From Nemertoderma westbladi (lineage: Eukaryota > Animalia > Xenacoelomorpha): DNA of 55,011 nt. Positions 37,779-50,339 of this stretch are shown in pieces. Within the stretch, counting starts at the first letter, position 1; each line of letters starts with the position of its first letter. The DNA lies in NCBI GenBank assembly GCA_032718475.1, contig JAUCBJ010008434.1, positions 1 to 55,011 on the forward strand. Reading direction: 5' to 3'. The translations under genes and the position numbers were made by a program. The notes under the pieces were generated by a model. That model worked only from the letters and a program-made list of their open reading frames with translations, was not told the origin of the DNA and did no database searches.

Positions 37779-37826
37779 GATATATAAGTTAAGTACCGGC
37801 ACCGGGTACACAAAGTTTTTAATAAG

Positions 37827-38225
37827 TTATTCTACTAAATTCTTGTTTATGTTGTGTAGAAATACCAAATCAAAGTTGTGGGCTTTTAGAGTCTGACAGA
37901 CGCTCTGTATCATCAAAGGGTCAATGGCGTGGAGATTTTCGATCAGCAAATTTCTGTATTGTTGAGGCCACTCTGGGAACCACTTGGCGAACAGACGAAG
38001 TTGGCAAGGGAACGTGTCCAACCCCGAATACGCCTCGAGATTAACCGATTGTAAACTGTTTACCAGACTACCGATGTCCCGCGGTTGCAGCTGGTGGATG
38101 AGGCAGTCCTTGAACTGCATACGCTGGATATATGACCAAGATCGGTACCAGCTTTCAATACACTGGACTTCCACTTGGGCTGAATTACTTCCAAACTGTT
38201 CGCTATTCCCTGCTCCAGCCTGCAT
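37827..38225 (-). CDS. C14orf119: C14orf119-like (DUF4508) protein, 132 aa
   Basis: EVQCIESWYRSWSYIQRMQF and FPCQLRLFAKWFPEW..RN match the family's two W-rich motifs. Confidence 0.85.
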   Translation of the reverse strand: MQAGAGNSEQFGSNSAQVEVQCIESWYRSWSYIQRMQFKDCLIHQLQPRDIGSLVNSLQSVNLEAYSGLDTFPCQLRLFAKWFPEWPQQYRNLLIENLHAIDPLMIQSVCQTLKAHNFDLVFLHNINKNLVE

Positions 38226-38291
38226 CTAATTAACCTATAAATAAGTTGTAAGTACAAAGTACCGGTAACCAATTAGTGTTTATCGCAGATT

Positions 38292-38504
38292 TTATTCAGC
38301 GACGCTGTAGGTATTCATCTCTATCAATGAATCTATTTTGGTCTTTAATTCCGGGACGATGTCGCTGGACACAAAGAGATGAGTTTCATCTAAATCGTAA
38401 ATAACAAACTTTTGTCCAAGTATCTCCTTTTCATCCAAATATAGTAAAAATTGTTTCATAGGGGCATCGCATTTGACAAGAACTCCCTTTAAAACATTTA
38501 CCAT
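38292..38504 (-). CDS. GTF2H5: TFIIH subunit 5 (TTDA/Tfb5), 70 aa
   Basis: MVNVLKGVLVKCDAPMKQFLLYLDE...FVIYDLDETHLFV. Confidence 0.96.
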   Translation of the reverse strand: MVNVLKGVLVKCDAPMKQFLLYLDEKEILGQKFVIYDLDETHLFVSSDIVPELKTKIDSLIEMNTYSVAE

Positions 38505-38867
38505 ATTACCTGTACCCTATGCTGTAGGCCTATTACGTATTAGTTGTAAGATATTAATCAGTAATCAGGTTTCGTTAGGCCTCCTCCTGTCTCAAATAAA
38601 CTACCTACAGACCTACAGCTACAGTACAATAGTAAGATTCTGCAGAGTTCACAATATAATAATATTATCAGAATGGACTTACTGTAGAATCGTTTGCGTA
38701 TGTAAATTTCCGAATATAAAACAACTAGCTAAGTATCCCCATGATAATAACAATAATATAATTAATGTCGTCGGACAATATTGTAGGCGCGGTGTAGTTT
38801 ACAATTATAGGTGATACCATAATATGTGCTGCAGAGTACACGTACGTGGGGACTTCGCGTCGCGCAG

Positions 38868-39297
38868 CACGTAAGTCCAGATGAGCCTTTGCGTATAGGT
38901 ACAATTAGTGTACCTAGTCATTCGCCCCTAGCGGCAGACTGAGGGAATGTAAAAGTCTGTCTGTGAGCAGAATTTCTCATTCGTAGGTCACTCATACCAA
39001 GTTTATTCAGTATCAGATGAATCTGATGGTTGGTTCTATAATTACAGTTACAGCTATACTTTTACGTTTATGTCAATTATTCCCCTAGAGGCAGACATAT
39101 GAACTACAGAAGTCTGTCTACCCTGTCAGCCTGTACAATTTCTAAACTTTTGATAGATTACATGTGTACCAACTACCAAGTGTGGTTCCATTTCATCAAA
39201 GATTGACTGACTTATTAGCGTTCAAAAATTTTCGCGGAAAACGACAGTCGGGTCCTCTAATTGTACCCCTACGCTAAGGCTCGCCTGGACTTACGTG
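38868..39297. mobile_element. MITE-like element with ~40-bp TIRs
   Basis: CACGTAAGTCCAG..GAGCCTT.GCGTA..GGTACAATTAG is mirrored at 39257-39297. Confidence 0.7.
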
Positions 39298-39799
39298 GCT
39301 CGCCCCACAGTGTAACAGTCAACTCGCTTAGCGGGACTTCTTACTCAAAGTTTTTAGTTTAACTCATTGTGTATAACTAATGCTTCAATGTTTATTTTTT
39401 AGATATCAATGCCATCTCTGCCATCTTAAATAGAATAAATAGATACAAATTACATCGACTGGGGGTTGCACAGTCCTTAAAAAATAACAATTATTGAAAT
39501 CGGTACCCACAACATTCACTGTGTTTCACTCGTAGTTTGCCGATGATATGAGGCGACTCTTACTTCGTTACTTTGTCTCCTCAATAATTTTATGAGTTAA
39601 ACGCTGGGGACTCCCCTTGTGAACTAAATAGTGTTTACTTTCTTAAATCCGATCGATTTCCAGCTCTAGGCTCTTTATCAAGGTTTCAAATAATATAAAT
39701 CAACAATACATAATATTTAATATTTAGAGCGTATGTAGGTAGGTACCGGTATTAGTTCTTCCTGTCCCTCCACCAGTCAGGGTATTGTATGATGGGGTC

Positions 39800-42365
39800 A
39801 TAATGACAGGGTATTGCCTGATAACTTTATAGAAGTAAAAGTGTCTGAGTCTGAGTCTATACTCCCAGATATTCCCATTGGCGATATCTCCTTTGCAGAA
39901 GTGAAGGCTGCTGCAAAGAGCATTAAGACCAATCGTGCCAGTGGAGTAGATGGTGTTCCCTCTGAGGTCTTTCAAATACACAGTACTGAGCAAAAGTTTG
40001 GTTACATTGTGACTTATTTACCAATTTCAATAATTTTTCCAATTTGATGGATGTCAATTATGTACAGGTCACTCAATACACCATATTATGCTTGCCCCTA
40101 AATCTTGTCAATAGTGGGAAATTCAAATTGAACTAAAATGCTAGTAATTGTAGTTCTACCGGTAGGCCTACAGTACTGATAGGCCTACAATTCGTAAATT
40201 TGGAACTTTGATTCGAGGAACTTTGCTGGATATTTAAATTTGGAAATTTTATTCGAGGAACTTTGCCAGATATGGGGAAGGTAGGTGAACTAACACCTAA
40301 ACGGAGGTGTGCGATATGGCATCTTTTTGATGTGGGCATCTCAGTGCCTGATATTGCTGAAAGATTTCACACAAGGATGACGGTCGATACCGGTCGATCA
40401 AACGTTTTCAGACAACTGGGTCATTTTCCTCAAAAAAGCGTTCTGGACGCCCTAAGAAAACAACACCAAAGGAGGATTTGACAATCAGGAACATCTCTCC
40501 AGCCAATCCATTCTCGAGTTCCCAGGATATTGCTGCTCAGCTCAATGGACGTCGTAATATTGCGGTCAGTTCATCCACTGTACGACGGAGGCTAATCCAT
40601 GTTTTTGGGTTACGAGGTCGACGTGCAGCAAAGAAACCAAGACTTTCTGCAAAAAATATTAGAGACAGGATATTTTGCACTAAATACAAAAATTGGTCTT
40701 CAAACGACTGGGAGAAAGTTATGTTTAGCGATGAATCTCAGTTCAGTTTATCTCAGTTTGAAAGCACTGGTCGCTGGGTTCGGCGCCCCGTGAATGCACG
40801 GTTTGATCCCAAGTACATCATCAACTGCATCAAGCACCTTGCCATCGCTCAAAAATCGTCAGCAAACTGTTGGCTGAAGAAGGCTTTGAAGTGGTAAAAC
40901 CATGGCCTGGCAACACACCGGATCTAAATCCAATAGAAAACCTGTACCGAACAACAAGAGTCCCACAAGAAATGAAAACAAATAAGTTGGTGCCAGTTCC
41001 TAAGAAGGGCAACCTAACACTCTATGGTTCTTTTCGGGGAATTTCATTGATCTCGATTGCTGCAAAGCTATATAATAGAATTCTATTAAATCGCATCAGG
41101 GATCCCATTGAGAGACTGCTCCGTGGAAATCAGAATGGGCTCCGTAAAGGTCGTGGGACCATGGAATCCATTTTGGCACTTAGAAGGATAATTGAAGAGT
41201 TATCAAAAAAGAAAGACAGGCATCTGGCTGTTATTTTTGTTGACTTCTTCAAAGGCCTTTGATTCAGTCTCTCGCTCACGTATGTTCAGCATACTTTCAT
41301 TATATGGGATTCCTGATGAAATTATTGCAGCAATCAGATCAGTATACGATGGTTCGAGAACATTTGCGTCTACTGTTGACGGTGACAGAACCATTTGAAG
41401 TGTTATGGGCGTCCTCCAGGGAGACACACTTGCACCATTCTTGTTCATAATTGTGGTTGACTATGTTCTACGCATGTCCTTAGATCATCATAATGATGAT
41501 GGGGTGATGATAACTCCACCTACTGGCTCCAGAAGTCGAGGAAATCCTGCCAAGTACCTAACTGATCTAGACTTTGCTGATGACTTAGGAGTACTCTCAG
41601 AATCACTAGAGGGAGCCCAACGGCTCCTCAGCTCATCAGAACTGGCTGCTTCTAGTGTTGGTCTTTTTATTAACTCCAAAAAGACCAAAATTTTGAAGGT
41701 TAACTTTGAAAGTCCTCAGCAAGTCTCTGACCGGATGAGCATAAGCTCAAAGGATGGTAAGCTTAAAACTTGAGCATATGGACGACTTGTGTTACCTGGG
41801 ATCATGGATACGGAAGTCATGACCTTCGAATGCGTAAGGGAAAGGCATGGGCAGCCTTTAATATCCTTTCCAGGATTTGGAAGTCACAGAGAATTAATCG
41901 GAAACTTAAGGTCCGATTAATTAGAGCAGCAGTAGTTCCAGTACTCCTCTGTGGGATTCCATGCTGGGCACTAAACTGGCTGAGGACACCAAATCTCTGG
42001 ATGGTACATTAACAAGAATGCTAAGTACAATGCACACATATCGAACCAGACACTATATAACATTGGAGGTGTCTCATTTGTTCCCCAAGCTTGACACTAG
42101 AATAAAGTCGCCTCCGCTTTGCAGGACATTGCTTTCGCTTGAGGACCAGCCAGTGCATAATCTTGTGCTTTGGCAGCCTCATGGAGTGAATAAGCATGAC
42201 TTTCTTGTGACTCATCTTAAAGGACACTGGCCTTGTAGATGCGAATGATCTAGCAAATGTTATGGGTGATAGGGAATTGTGGCGGCGCAATTTTGTCGAC
42301 AAGCCGGCACAGCATTTTTAAAAATGCAGCAGCAATGCAGCATGCCGATCCTAGTAGTAGTAGTT
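39800..42365 (+). mobile_element. Degenerate RTE-clade LINE (second family), interrupted by a Tc1-like remnant
   Basis: RASGVDGVPSEV, PVPKKGNL..FRGISL, QNGLRKGR, FVDF.KAFDS, GVLQGDTLAPFLF, DFADDL; (TAG)n tail at 42352-42363. Confidence 0.88.
39979..40950 (+). mobile_element. Tc1/mariner transposon remnant (left TIR and internally deleted transposase)
   Basis: TA followed by CACAGTACTGAGCAAAAGTTTG; HTH MGKVGELT..., VSSSTVRRRL, RRAAKKP, WEKVMFSDES, WPGNTPDLNPIENL. Confidence 0.87.
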
Positions 42366-42671
42366 ACTTAGGTAGAAGAGTTGAAGCAAGTCAGTAGTTG
42401 AAGAAGTACAGCCAGTAGACGTATTCCAGAGATTTTCTGTAGCCGTTAATACCCCTCATAGTATTATAATGACAGACAGAGACATCACGGCCAACTACGG
42501 TGTATACTGATTATTGCAGCATTAGCATTGCATATCACTGTACTAAGATTACCCTAGTTTAGGTTTTGTTATTTACATGTTATTTTTGTTATTTTGTTTT
42601 ATAATTCAAATCAATTTCATTTATCGATACCCTAATATTTAATTCAAATTATAGGCTAGTAATTGCCTATT

Positions 42672-43676
42672 ATGACACAATTTTGTCGCTGCTCATGTTA
42701 CTTCACAAACAATATATTTCTTCAGAAATACAACTTACACGTTAAAGTTGATAACTGCGAGAAAATCTTGCAAACTTATAACCACCCCCTAGAGGAAAGG
42801 GGATGTAAATCGTCGAAAGATATAACCGAGGTGACGGAATACATTCAGAAGGAGTTGTCTCGACGGAAAAACCTATCTATAGACAGTCGCCGACGGAAGC
42901 TGGAAATACAGGCCAATTACAAACCGCTATGGCCGGACATTTACAAGCTTTCGGAATCCGAACACCTCTGCCCGGAATTTATCGCGCTCGCTAAAGCTTG
43001 CCATGCCAACCCACAATGCGAAACCGGTTCATATGCGACTGCTAACGAAACATTTAAACTATACAGCTTCCCTGTTTTTACGGAAACATTTTGCAAGAAA
43101 TTTGTTGAAGAGATAGTAAATTTCGAGTCGAGTCCCTTGCCGAAAGGACGGCCGAATACGATGAACAACTACGGTATTTTACTCGACGAGATTGGATTCG
43201 ACGAACATTTCCTGGATGTACTCCGCATAGAGTACCTCAACCCAATATCCGCTTGCTTTTTCCCAGAATGGACAGGAACTGAACTCGACTCACACAAAGC
43301 CTTCATAGTTTCTTACCAGTTGGGACAGGATCTCGACTTAGCTTACCACTTCGACAACAGCGAAGTCACATTGAATGTTAGTCTTACCGACGCGTTCGAA
43401 GGAGGAGATATTTACTTCGGAGGGATGCGAACGGAGTCGGTAAACGAGTCGACGGAGCAGGTCGACGTCCAACACCGAACCTGTGTAGGTCTGCTGCATC
43501 GCGGCCAACAGCGTCACGGGGCTCGGCCTATCAGCGCGGGCCGGCGGTATAATCTAATCGTCTGGATGCGTAGTTCCGGCGTCCGGAACAAACTGTGTCC
43601 GATGTGTGGTTCGGAACCGAGTCGTGTGCCAGTACAGTTCGGTTACGGTGACGGGTTTACATTAGCGGTGAACTAG
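42672..43676 (+). CDS. OGFOD2: 2-oxoglutarate/Fe(II)-dependent oxygenase OGFOD2 (334 aa from the ATG)
   Basis: FCRCSC..NIF, KGRPNTMNNYG, LDSHKAF, DLAYHFDNSEVTLNVSL, HRGQQRHGA, RYNLIVWMRSS, CPMC. Confidence 0.93.
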   Translation: MTQFCRCSCYFTNNIFLQKYNLHVKVDNCEKILQTYNHPLEERGCKSSKDITEVTEYIQKELSRRKNLSIDSRRRKLEIQANYKPLWPDIYKLSESEHLCPEFIALAKACHANPQCETGSYATANETFKLYSFPVFTETFCKKFVEEIVNFESSPLPKGRPNTMNNYGILLDEIGFDEHFLDVLRIEYLNPISACFFPEWTGTELDSHKAFIVSYQLGQDLDLAYHFDNSEVTLNVSLTDAFEGGDIYFGGMRTESVNESTEQVDVQHRTCVGLLHRGQQRHGARPISAGRRYNLIVWMRSSGVRNKLCPMCGSEPSRVPVQFGYGDGFTLAVN

Positions 43677-45450
43677 GACTGGGATTAAAGGTATGGGTGG
43701 ATTGCTGGATTGGATGGTTCCTACAAATTACAAATAGATTTTCGTGCTTTTGGGGTTTTTTATGTTCTAATTTAATTTGGGTTTTTTTGGTATTTATTGT
43801 TGAATCTACATTAAATTATACCAATTATTATTGTATTGATACCATAATTAAAGTCTGCGTTCTAAATCTCTTTATTTGTGTATATTTATTTATTTGTTCT
43901 TTAAATTATTTGTTTGTATTTACTTCCAATCTAATTCAGGTGTTGCTATATCAGTATAACAGTTACAAAGTAATGATTTTTTGTAAACGCAGTTGTAATA
44001 TAGTTGGCTAGATATGGCAATGGCACACATTTTTCCATACGTTTTTTTATGGCATACCCCGCTACATTTATTTCACCTCCAAAAGGCGTGATTTTATTAT
44101 TTTGTGGTGTAATAATTTACAAATTAATTTATCGTCATATTTTTGGGGATGATATAAATGACACATTTATGTGATTTAATAAATGGAGACAAATTATGTG
44201 AAAAAAGCGGTGTGAAAATTACTGTGAAACATTGCTCTTTGATTGCAAAATTTGGGTTCTATATTTATATAATATATTTACAGAACAAACGAAATTAATA
44301 CGAAAATAAAAGTATTCGTATTATAATTAATCACAAACAAATAAAAACATTGTAAAAGTTAGATAGCAAATAAGAGATTGTGCCTGGTTGATATATTAAA
44401 ATTGGTTTATGAATCATAGAACAGTATTATCACAATCTCGATTTATTAACCTCGCTAGGCTCGGTAAATAAGATATCTCGAGTATAGTGAAAGTAGTAAT
44501 GTTACACTTTATTTAACATGCAATACGTATGTAGTTTTGTTTTTAAATGGAACATTATTTTCACAACGTTATTTATATATTAGTTTCACTTAATGAAAGG
44601 CAAGTAAAGCAATATTGGAAATTGGTATACGCGAGGTGTTTAAATAATACTTATTCGATAATAAATTAATTCCCTTACGTTAGGCTGACCTCTCCATTAG
44701 GTCACTGGGTTCCCATTCCCAACACCACCCCTCCCCCATTCCGCCATACCACCCCCTTATTTTTAAACCTAGCTGCTGTAATTTTTAAGATTTGTTTGAA
44801 TTGTTCTAAAACATGTCAGGTAATATAAAATAGGTTTAAGGACAATTATCTTTATTCTTGAACATTTTAAAAGGTATACAAAATATAAAAAAAACGTTCT
44901 AGAATAAGAAAAAAATAGCAAAATCTAGCTATTAGCATAACATAATTATAAAATTAATTAAATTCAATTAAAGAAGATTAATATTAAATTAATATAGAAT
45001 AAAATTAATGTTTTAGAATTTACATAGAAAAATAGCAACTATTAGCTAGTATGTATGATTTTTAGCTTTTTTTAAAAAAAGTTTAATAATTAGCTAACAA
45101 TAGCTCACATTTTAGAAGAATTGACTCAAAACTGCTGGTATAAAAATTGGGGGGTGGATGGTTGAACAAACACAGTTCGTACCGATTAATGTAAATATCA
45201 TTATAAATGGATAGGTTTAAATGTAATCACAAATTACATTGTTTGAATTCAATAGCTAAATTTGCAGTGAAAATAATGTAAAGGGTGTTAAAATAATGTA
45301 AAAGGTATGCGAATAATGTAGTTGATTTGATTATTTAACGCCGTTTCTATGGAAGGAGTTAAAATAATGTTCCAATTTAAAAATAAAATTTATTACACAA
45401 GGTCAATATTATATTGTTTCCGTAAATTGTAAATCGCGAATGAAAATATA

Positions 45451-46005
45451 TCAATCAACAGTAAAAATTCTAGAAGAAATATCATCAATTAACCAATCAA
45501 CGCCTTTCAACAAATTCTGACCAGTGACAGCGCTGCACGCATGTATAGACCAATGGTGGGTCTTTATATCGTCTAGTTGCAACACACAACGTATGTCGTT
45601 GTGGGAGAGGGCCCCGGGCAAGTCCTGCTTATTCGCGAACACAAGGAGCGTCGCTCCCGCCAATCGTTCCTCCTTTAATAGTCCGTGGAGTTCCGAGCGG
45701 CAATCCTCGAGTCGCCTCGTATCCGCGCTGTCTACAACCCATATCAACCCGTCCGTCGACTCAAAATAATTCCGCCAGTAACTTCTCAGGGATTTCTGGC
45801 CGCCAACGTCCCATATATTCAGTTTAAAGTCGCGATGTTCCAGGGTTTTTATATTGAATCCCAGAGTCGGACTGATAGTGTCTATGTCCTCGCCGTTAAA
45901 CTTTTTAAGAATGGTAGTTTTTCCCGCGTTATCTAAACCCAATATGAGTAGTCTCATTTCCCGTTCCTTCTGTTTCATCTTCTTAAGGATGGTGAGTAAA
46001 CCCAT
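45451..46005 (-). CDS. ARL2: ADP-ribosylation factor-like protein 2
   Basis: [52 protein letters not shown]; 184 aa, intronless. Confidence 0.97.
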   Translation of the reverse strand: MGLLTILKKMKQKEREMRLLILGLDNAGKTTILKKFNGEDIDTISPTLGFNIKTLEHRDFKLNIWDVGGQKSLRSYWRNYFESTDGLIWVVDSADTRRLEDCRSELHGLLKEERLAGATLLVFANKQDLPGALSHNDIRCVLQLDDIKTHHWSIHACSAVTGQNLLKGVDWLIDDISSRIFTVD

Positions 46006-46161
46006 GGTAATCCAGCAATCACACCAATCAGCTAATACGTAATAATGCCTTAATCCTGTAATCTGCAGTACCGGTCAGCCGGTACCGGTACTTAAGCCGG
46101 TATTGGTAAGGGTAGTGTTTAATCTGTTTTTGTGTGTACAGGTTTACGGCAGTACGGGGAT

Positions 46162-46424
46162 GTTTGAAAAAGGTGGACTGGACACAGAAAACATGGACAA
46201 CGGACAGACCAATCAGAAACATATTATGCAAAGCAGTTTGTATCAATTGGTCTGTCCACCTTTTTCAAGTTTCGCTTTCTTAGATACATAATTGGGAATA
46301 AGATGCGTGTTTGAAAAAGGTGGACTGGACACATGCACAAGAAAACATAGATAATAGTCTGACCAATCAGAAACGTATTAAAGCAATGCTATTTATTATT
46401 GATTGGACTGACCACCTTTTTCAG
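46162..46424. repeat. Two tandem ~110-bp palindromic units upstream of ARL2
   Basis: Each begins TTGAAAAAGGTGGAC, contains GACCAATCAGAAAC and ends CCACCTTTTTCA. Confidence 0.75.
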
Positions 46425-47944
46425 GTTTCAATTATCTATCTATAATGGGCTTGCTGGAAGCAGCTGCATTAAGAATTCTGCGGCGGTGTCCTATGCGTAT
46501 CTACCCCCCCCCCCCCCCCCCCCCGCGCGGATTGCCCCCCTATAGACTTACAGTAGGCCTACCGGTATAATAATAGTAGGTCTAGCGTACCGTACAGCAC
46601 TTTAATTTAGAATTATTGGTTTATTTTTGTGGTTGGGTTAGTTGGTCAGGCCCAAACAGCCAAACCCTAATTAAAACTGTCATTAGTAACTCTATAACCT
46701 TAAAGTCCCGATGCTCTAATCTAAGAAATTTTGTGGAATTTAGGATCCAGAATTTAGGAAATTTAAGGTTGGGGTTACATGTCAGTTTTAATTACGGTTT
46801 TGGGCCCCCATTTCCACTTTGAATTAGGGTTTCGGACCGCCACTCCCAAAATATGGGGACTTCCCTAGTAGCACACCAACGTTCACCTCACGTTTAGAAT
46901 AGTTCTAATAACGTGGATAACGTTGTTCTGATAACGTTCTAGGTGCGTTCACTGTACACGTTCATCTAGGAAGGGATTTGTCCCGCTCAAAAAACGTTGA
47001 TTCGACGTCATCTTATAAACGTTAGATATTCGTTCTAAAATGGTCCGTTCAACTAATTATTTACCGAACTCCTTTTGAACGGTTTAATATTGTTTTGAAA
47101 AGGTTCAATAATGGTTCCTTCAAACGTTCAAAACTGTTGGTTTGAACTGTGCTTGAACTAAAAGTGTAGTTCAAATATATAATTTCGAACGAATATTTAA
47201 CCACTGCTAAATAGCTGTCAATCATTCACTATTAAATGATAATATGGCAAAATGCCCCTCCCCCCCCCCCCCCCCCCCCTGGACAACTGACCACCGCTGT
47301 TAGTGCAACGATTTGTGTACTGCAGGACTGCAGCAAAAGTAAATCAACTGAACATGAAAACAAACATTTGCTTGTTGAAATAACACCACAAGTTTATATT
47401 GAATATTACCACTACTTACTTTATCACAAATATACCGAATTTACCGAACATGAGAAACATGGAAAGAAACATAACAAGAAGATAAATCAAATAGGAAATA
47501 CATAATATATCATTAAGGTAAAAGTTAAATAGATAAGTCTAGAGTTAATTATTACAGAGTGGGAGTACTGTATAATGATATCTTTCTCTGGGTAGCATTC
47601 CTTCGTTTTCTCCTGAATTTTGTAGCTAGTCGAATCCCCACACACACTCCATCCATAATAAATTGCCTTTCCCAGCTGTAACAAAAATAAAATTTATTTA
47701 AAAATAAAAAAAATTAAAAGAAACATTTTATGCACTACTTTACTTCAAAAAAAGGAAGGAGCCGATTATATAATTATACCTAATGAATAGCATGTTGTAT
47801 AAGTCACTTTTACTTCAAGTGATATACTGTTAGGCCTATACTTTTATAAACTGTATACTCTTGCACAAATATGAAACCGAATCTTTCTAATGTGATGCTC
47901 ATTTATACATACATATATACTATAAATATACATATAATATATAT

Positions 47945-48140
47945 GCCGCCTCCGCTTTGCAGGACATTGCTTTCGCCGTGAGAACCAGTGAGTCTGTGCA
48001 CAATCTTGCGCTTTGACACCCCATGACTTCACCCAAGACGCCTCTTAAAGGACATTGGCTTTGGAGATGCTGATAATTATGGGGATAGGGAATTGCGGCG
48101 GTGGAATTTTGTATATAACCTGGCATATCATTCTTTGCAT
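47945..48140 (+). mobile_element. 3' fragment of the RTE family seen at 42109-42330
   Basis: Shares CGCCTCCGCTTTGCAGGACATTGCTTTCGC, CTTAAAGGACA and GATAGGGAATTG. Confidence 0.8.
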
Positions 48141-49131
48141 GCTGCTTCACAGTAAGCCAATTGAAGGTTGCATGGTGGTGGTGGTGGAACAAATTTTTGT
48201 TATAGATAGATAAATACTTACATACCGCATTATAAACTTGAGAGATTCAACCAAAGAATTTAAATATTTAATTTACCGCTGTGGCTTAAGCAGGCTGATC
48301 GGTAAATTGGATCAATTTAAAAAATTTATATTTATTCAATCATGTTTTTTTGCATTAATTTTATCTGTTTATTACAACAATCTTCGAATTAAATTACATG
48401 CAGTACCGCTCATGTGATATATTAAATTACATATTTTAAAGCTAATAACTCTAACTGTCTAAAGTTCTGTCATATATTCGACTAGAAATAAAATTATTAA
48501 CTAATAATTAAATTGTAAATAATTACCTTTAGTCTCTTTGATGGATGGCGGCCCTTTATTATTGGTCCCGATACGGTTGAAAAGCATCACAAGATTGACC
48601 TCGATCTTCGCACTGTTCGCCTATTGAATGTATGTACCCCATGACGTATGTACCCCATGCCGTCATAAAAATATACAGGAAATAATTGAGACGCAACAAA
48701 AATTAATTTAAATTACAGTTATACAATGCAGTATGTTGTATTACACACCGTTATACAGTACCTACTACTGTATACTTTGCTCCTGAGTTCTGTATGAACC
48801 AATATACCACTATTTTTACATCATTCAGTACTTGGGCAGTTCCAGTATTGCCTGTAATTGGATGATTCATCACAGACACTGGTTCCCATAGCGTGGGAAA
48901 GTTTGTCGTTCAGATAATTATTATTTTGAACGGAAAATGTTTAGTATTGAACCGCTATTGAACTACGGTTATGAAAAACATAGTTTGGACATTTTTTGAA
49001 CGACAATTTTAAAAATATCTGAACTGAAATTGAACTGGTTAATTTTTATTGGATAATAAACAATATTGAAACGTTCACAATAGAAAACGGAAATATAACT
49101 TGCCATTTACAAATCGTTACTTTTCAGTTTC

Positions 49132-50339
49132 TGTAAAAGCTTTTGCTGAATTGCCCGGTTATTTTTCCTTATTTTTCCCGTAAAATACTCTGTAGTTGGT
49201 TTAATAGGCGTAAGAGGCCGTATTATTGCTGTATCGGTGTTTTTAGAGGATCTAAGAGCTATTTCTTCCGTATGCGTACTGTGGAAGGCATAGTTGATGA
49301 TTCTATGGCAATTCCGTGACGCAAAAGGGGCTAGATACTCTTGAACAGTAGTTACTATGACGACGGTTAACAGCTGATATTCATATGTGTTGATTTTCTT
49401 TGTTCTACGGCATCTCTCAGTTCAGTCAACCAATCAGAGCGTTTTTACTGTTCTTGTACAGAAATTTCCTAGAAATCACGCAATGCTTTATGGGCAGTGT
49501 TATCATTCAGTCCTGAGCCAAGAAAGAACGGCTTTTGGAATATTTGTGCTTTTCTGCTTTTAGCCTAACACTAGTAGGCTTAATTATAAGGACATATATC
49601 CGTTATCTGGGTAGCTCAATGGTTAACAACTTACTCAATGCTTGGCTGGTCTTGTCGTGCATACTTTTATAACGTTATACTGCTATTTACTGTCGGTTAT
49701 TCATTATATGGTGATGAAATATTATATTGGAATAACGAGAAATAACCCCGAAACCCCAATATTCTTGATATACCGAAGGTAAGAGAGACAGGTTACATAT
49801 AACGATTGCGACTTATGTTAAAGTGGTTTGAAGTGAATCTAATGTTATTTGATAGACCCTACATGAGTCGGTCTGTGTTCCTTTTATATGTGACTAAAAT
49901 CAGTGAAGATCGGCAGATTAGTGTGCAGCATTGTGCGGCGTTGTGTATGAGTGAGACTGATAACGAAGCATTTCCTAAAGAATGCGCCATATATGTGAAT
50001 TGTAACTAAGCCATATCGTTGTGAGTAGTTTAAGTCATAACTCTGTTTATAGATAGAGCGCCACGTCCTAAAGGAACTGTTAATATTCCCCGAAGGTGAA
50101 TAATATTGTCAGAGATTATATAATACTGTCAGTCGAATAATACATTATGCTTACATAGCAATACGATTAAGCCGTCGAACCCAATCTCCCGGGTATATCC
50201 AGCGGGTGAATGATCGCGCACCGATTGGTTTCGACTAGTGTAGTGAATCAAATACTTGTCAGAGGCTAAAAGTGATTTATTATCTAGAAGACATCCTAAT
50301 TTGGCGGGTTAAACTGCCAAAGGTCTGAAAGCGCGAACA
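49132..50339 (+). mobile_element. Solo LTR of a sister subfamily of the BEL element
   Basis: TGTAAAAGCTTTTG...GCGCGAACA, 5-bp TSD GTTTC, collinear with 16619-17760. Confidence 0.93.
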
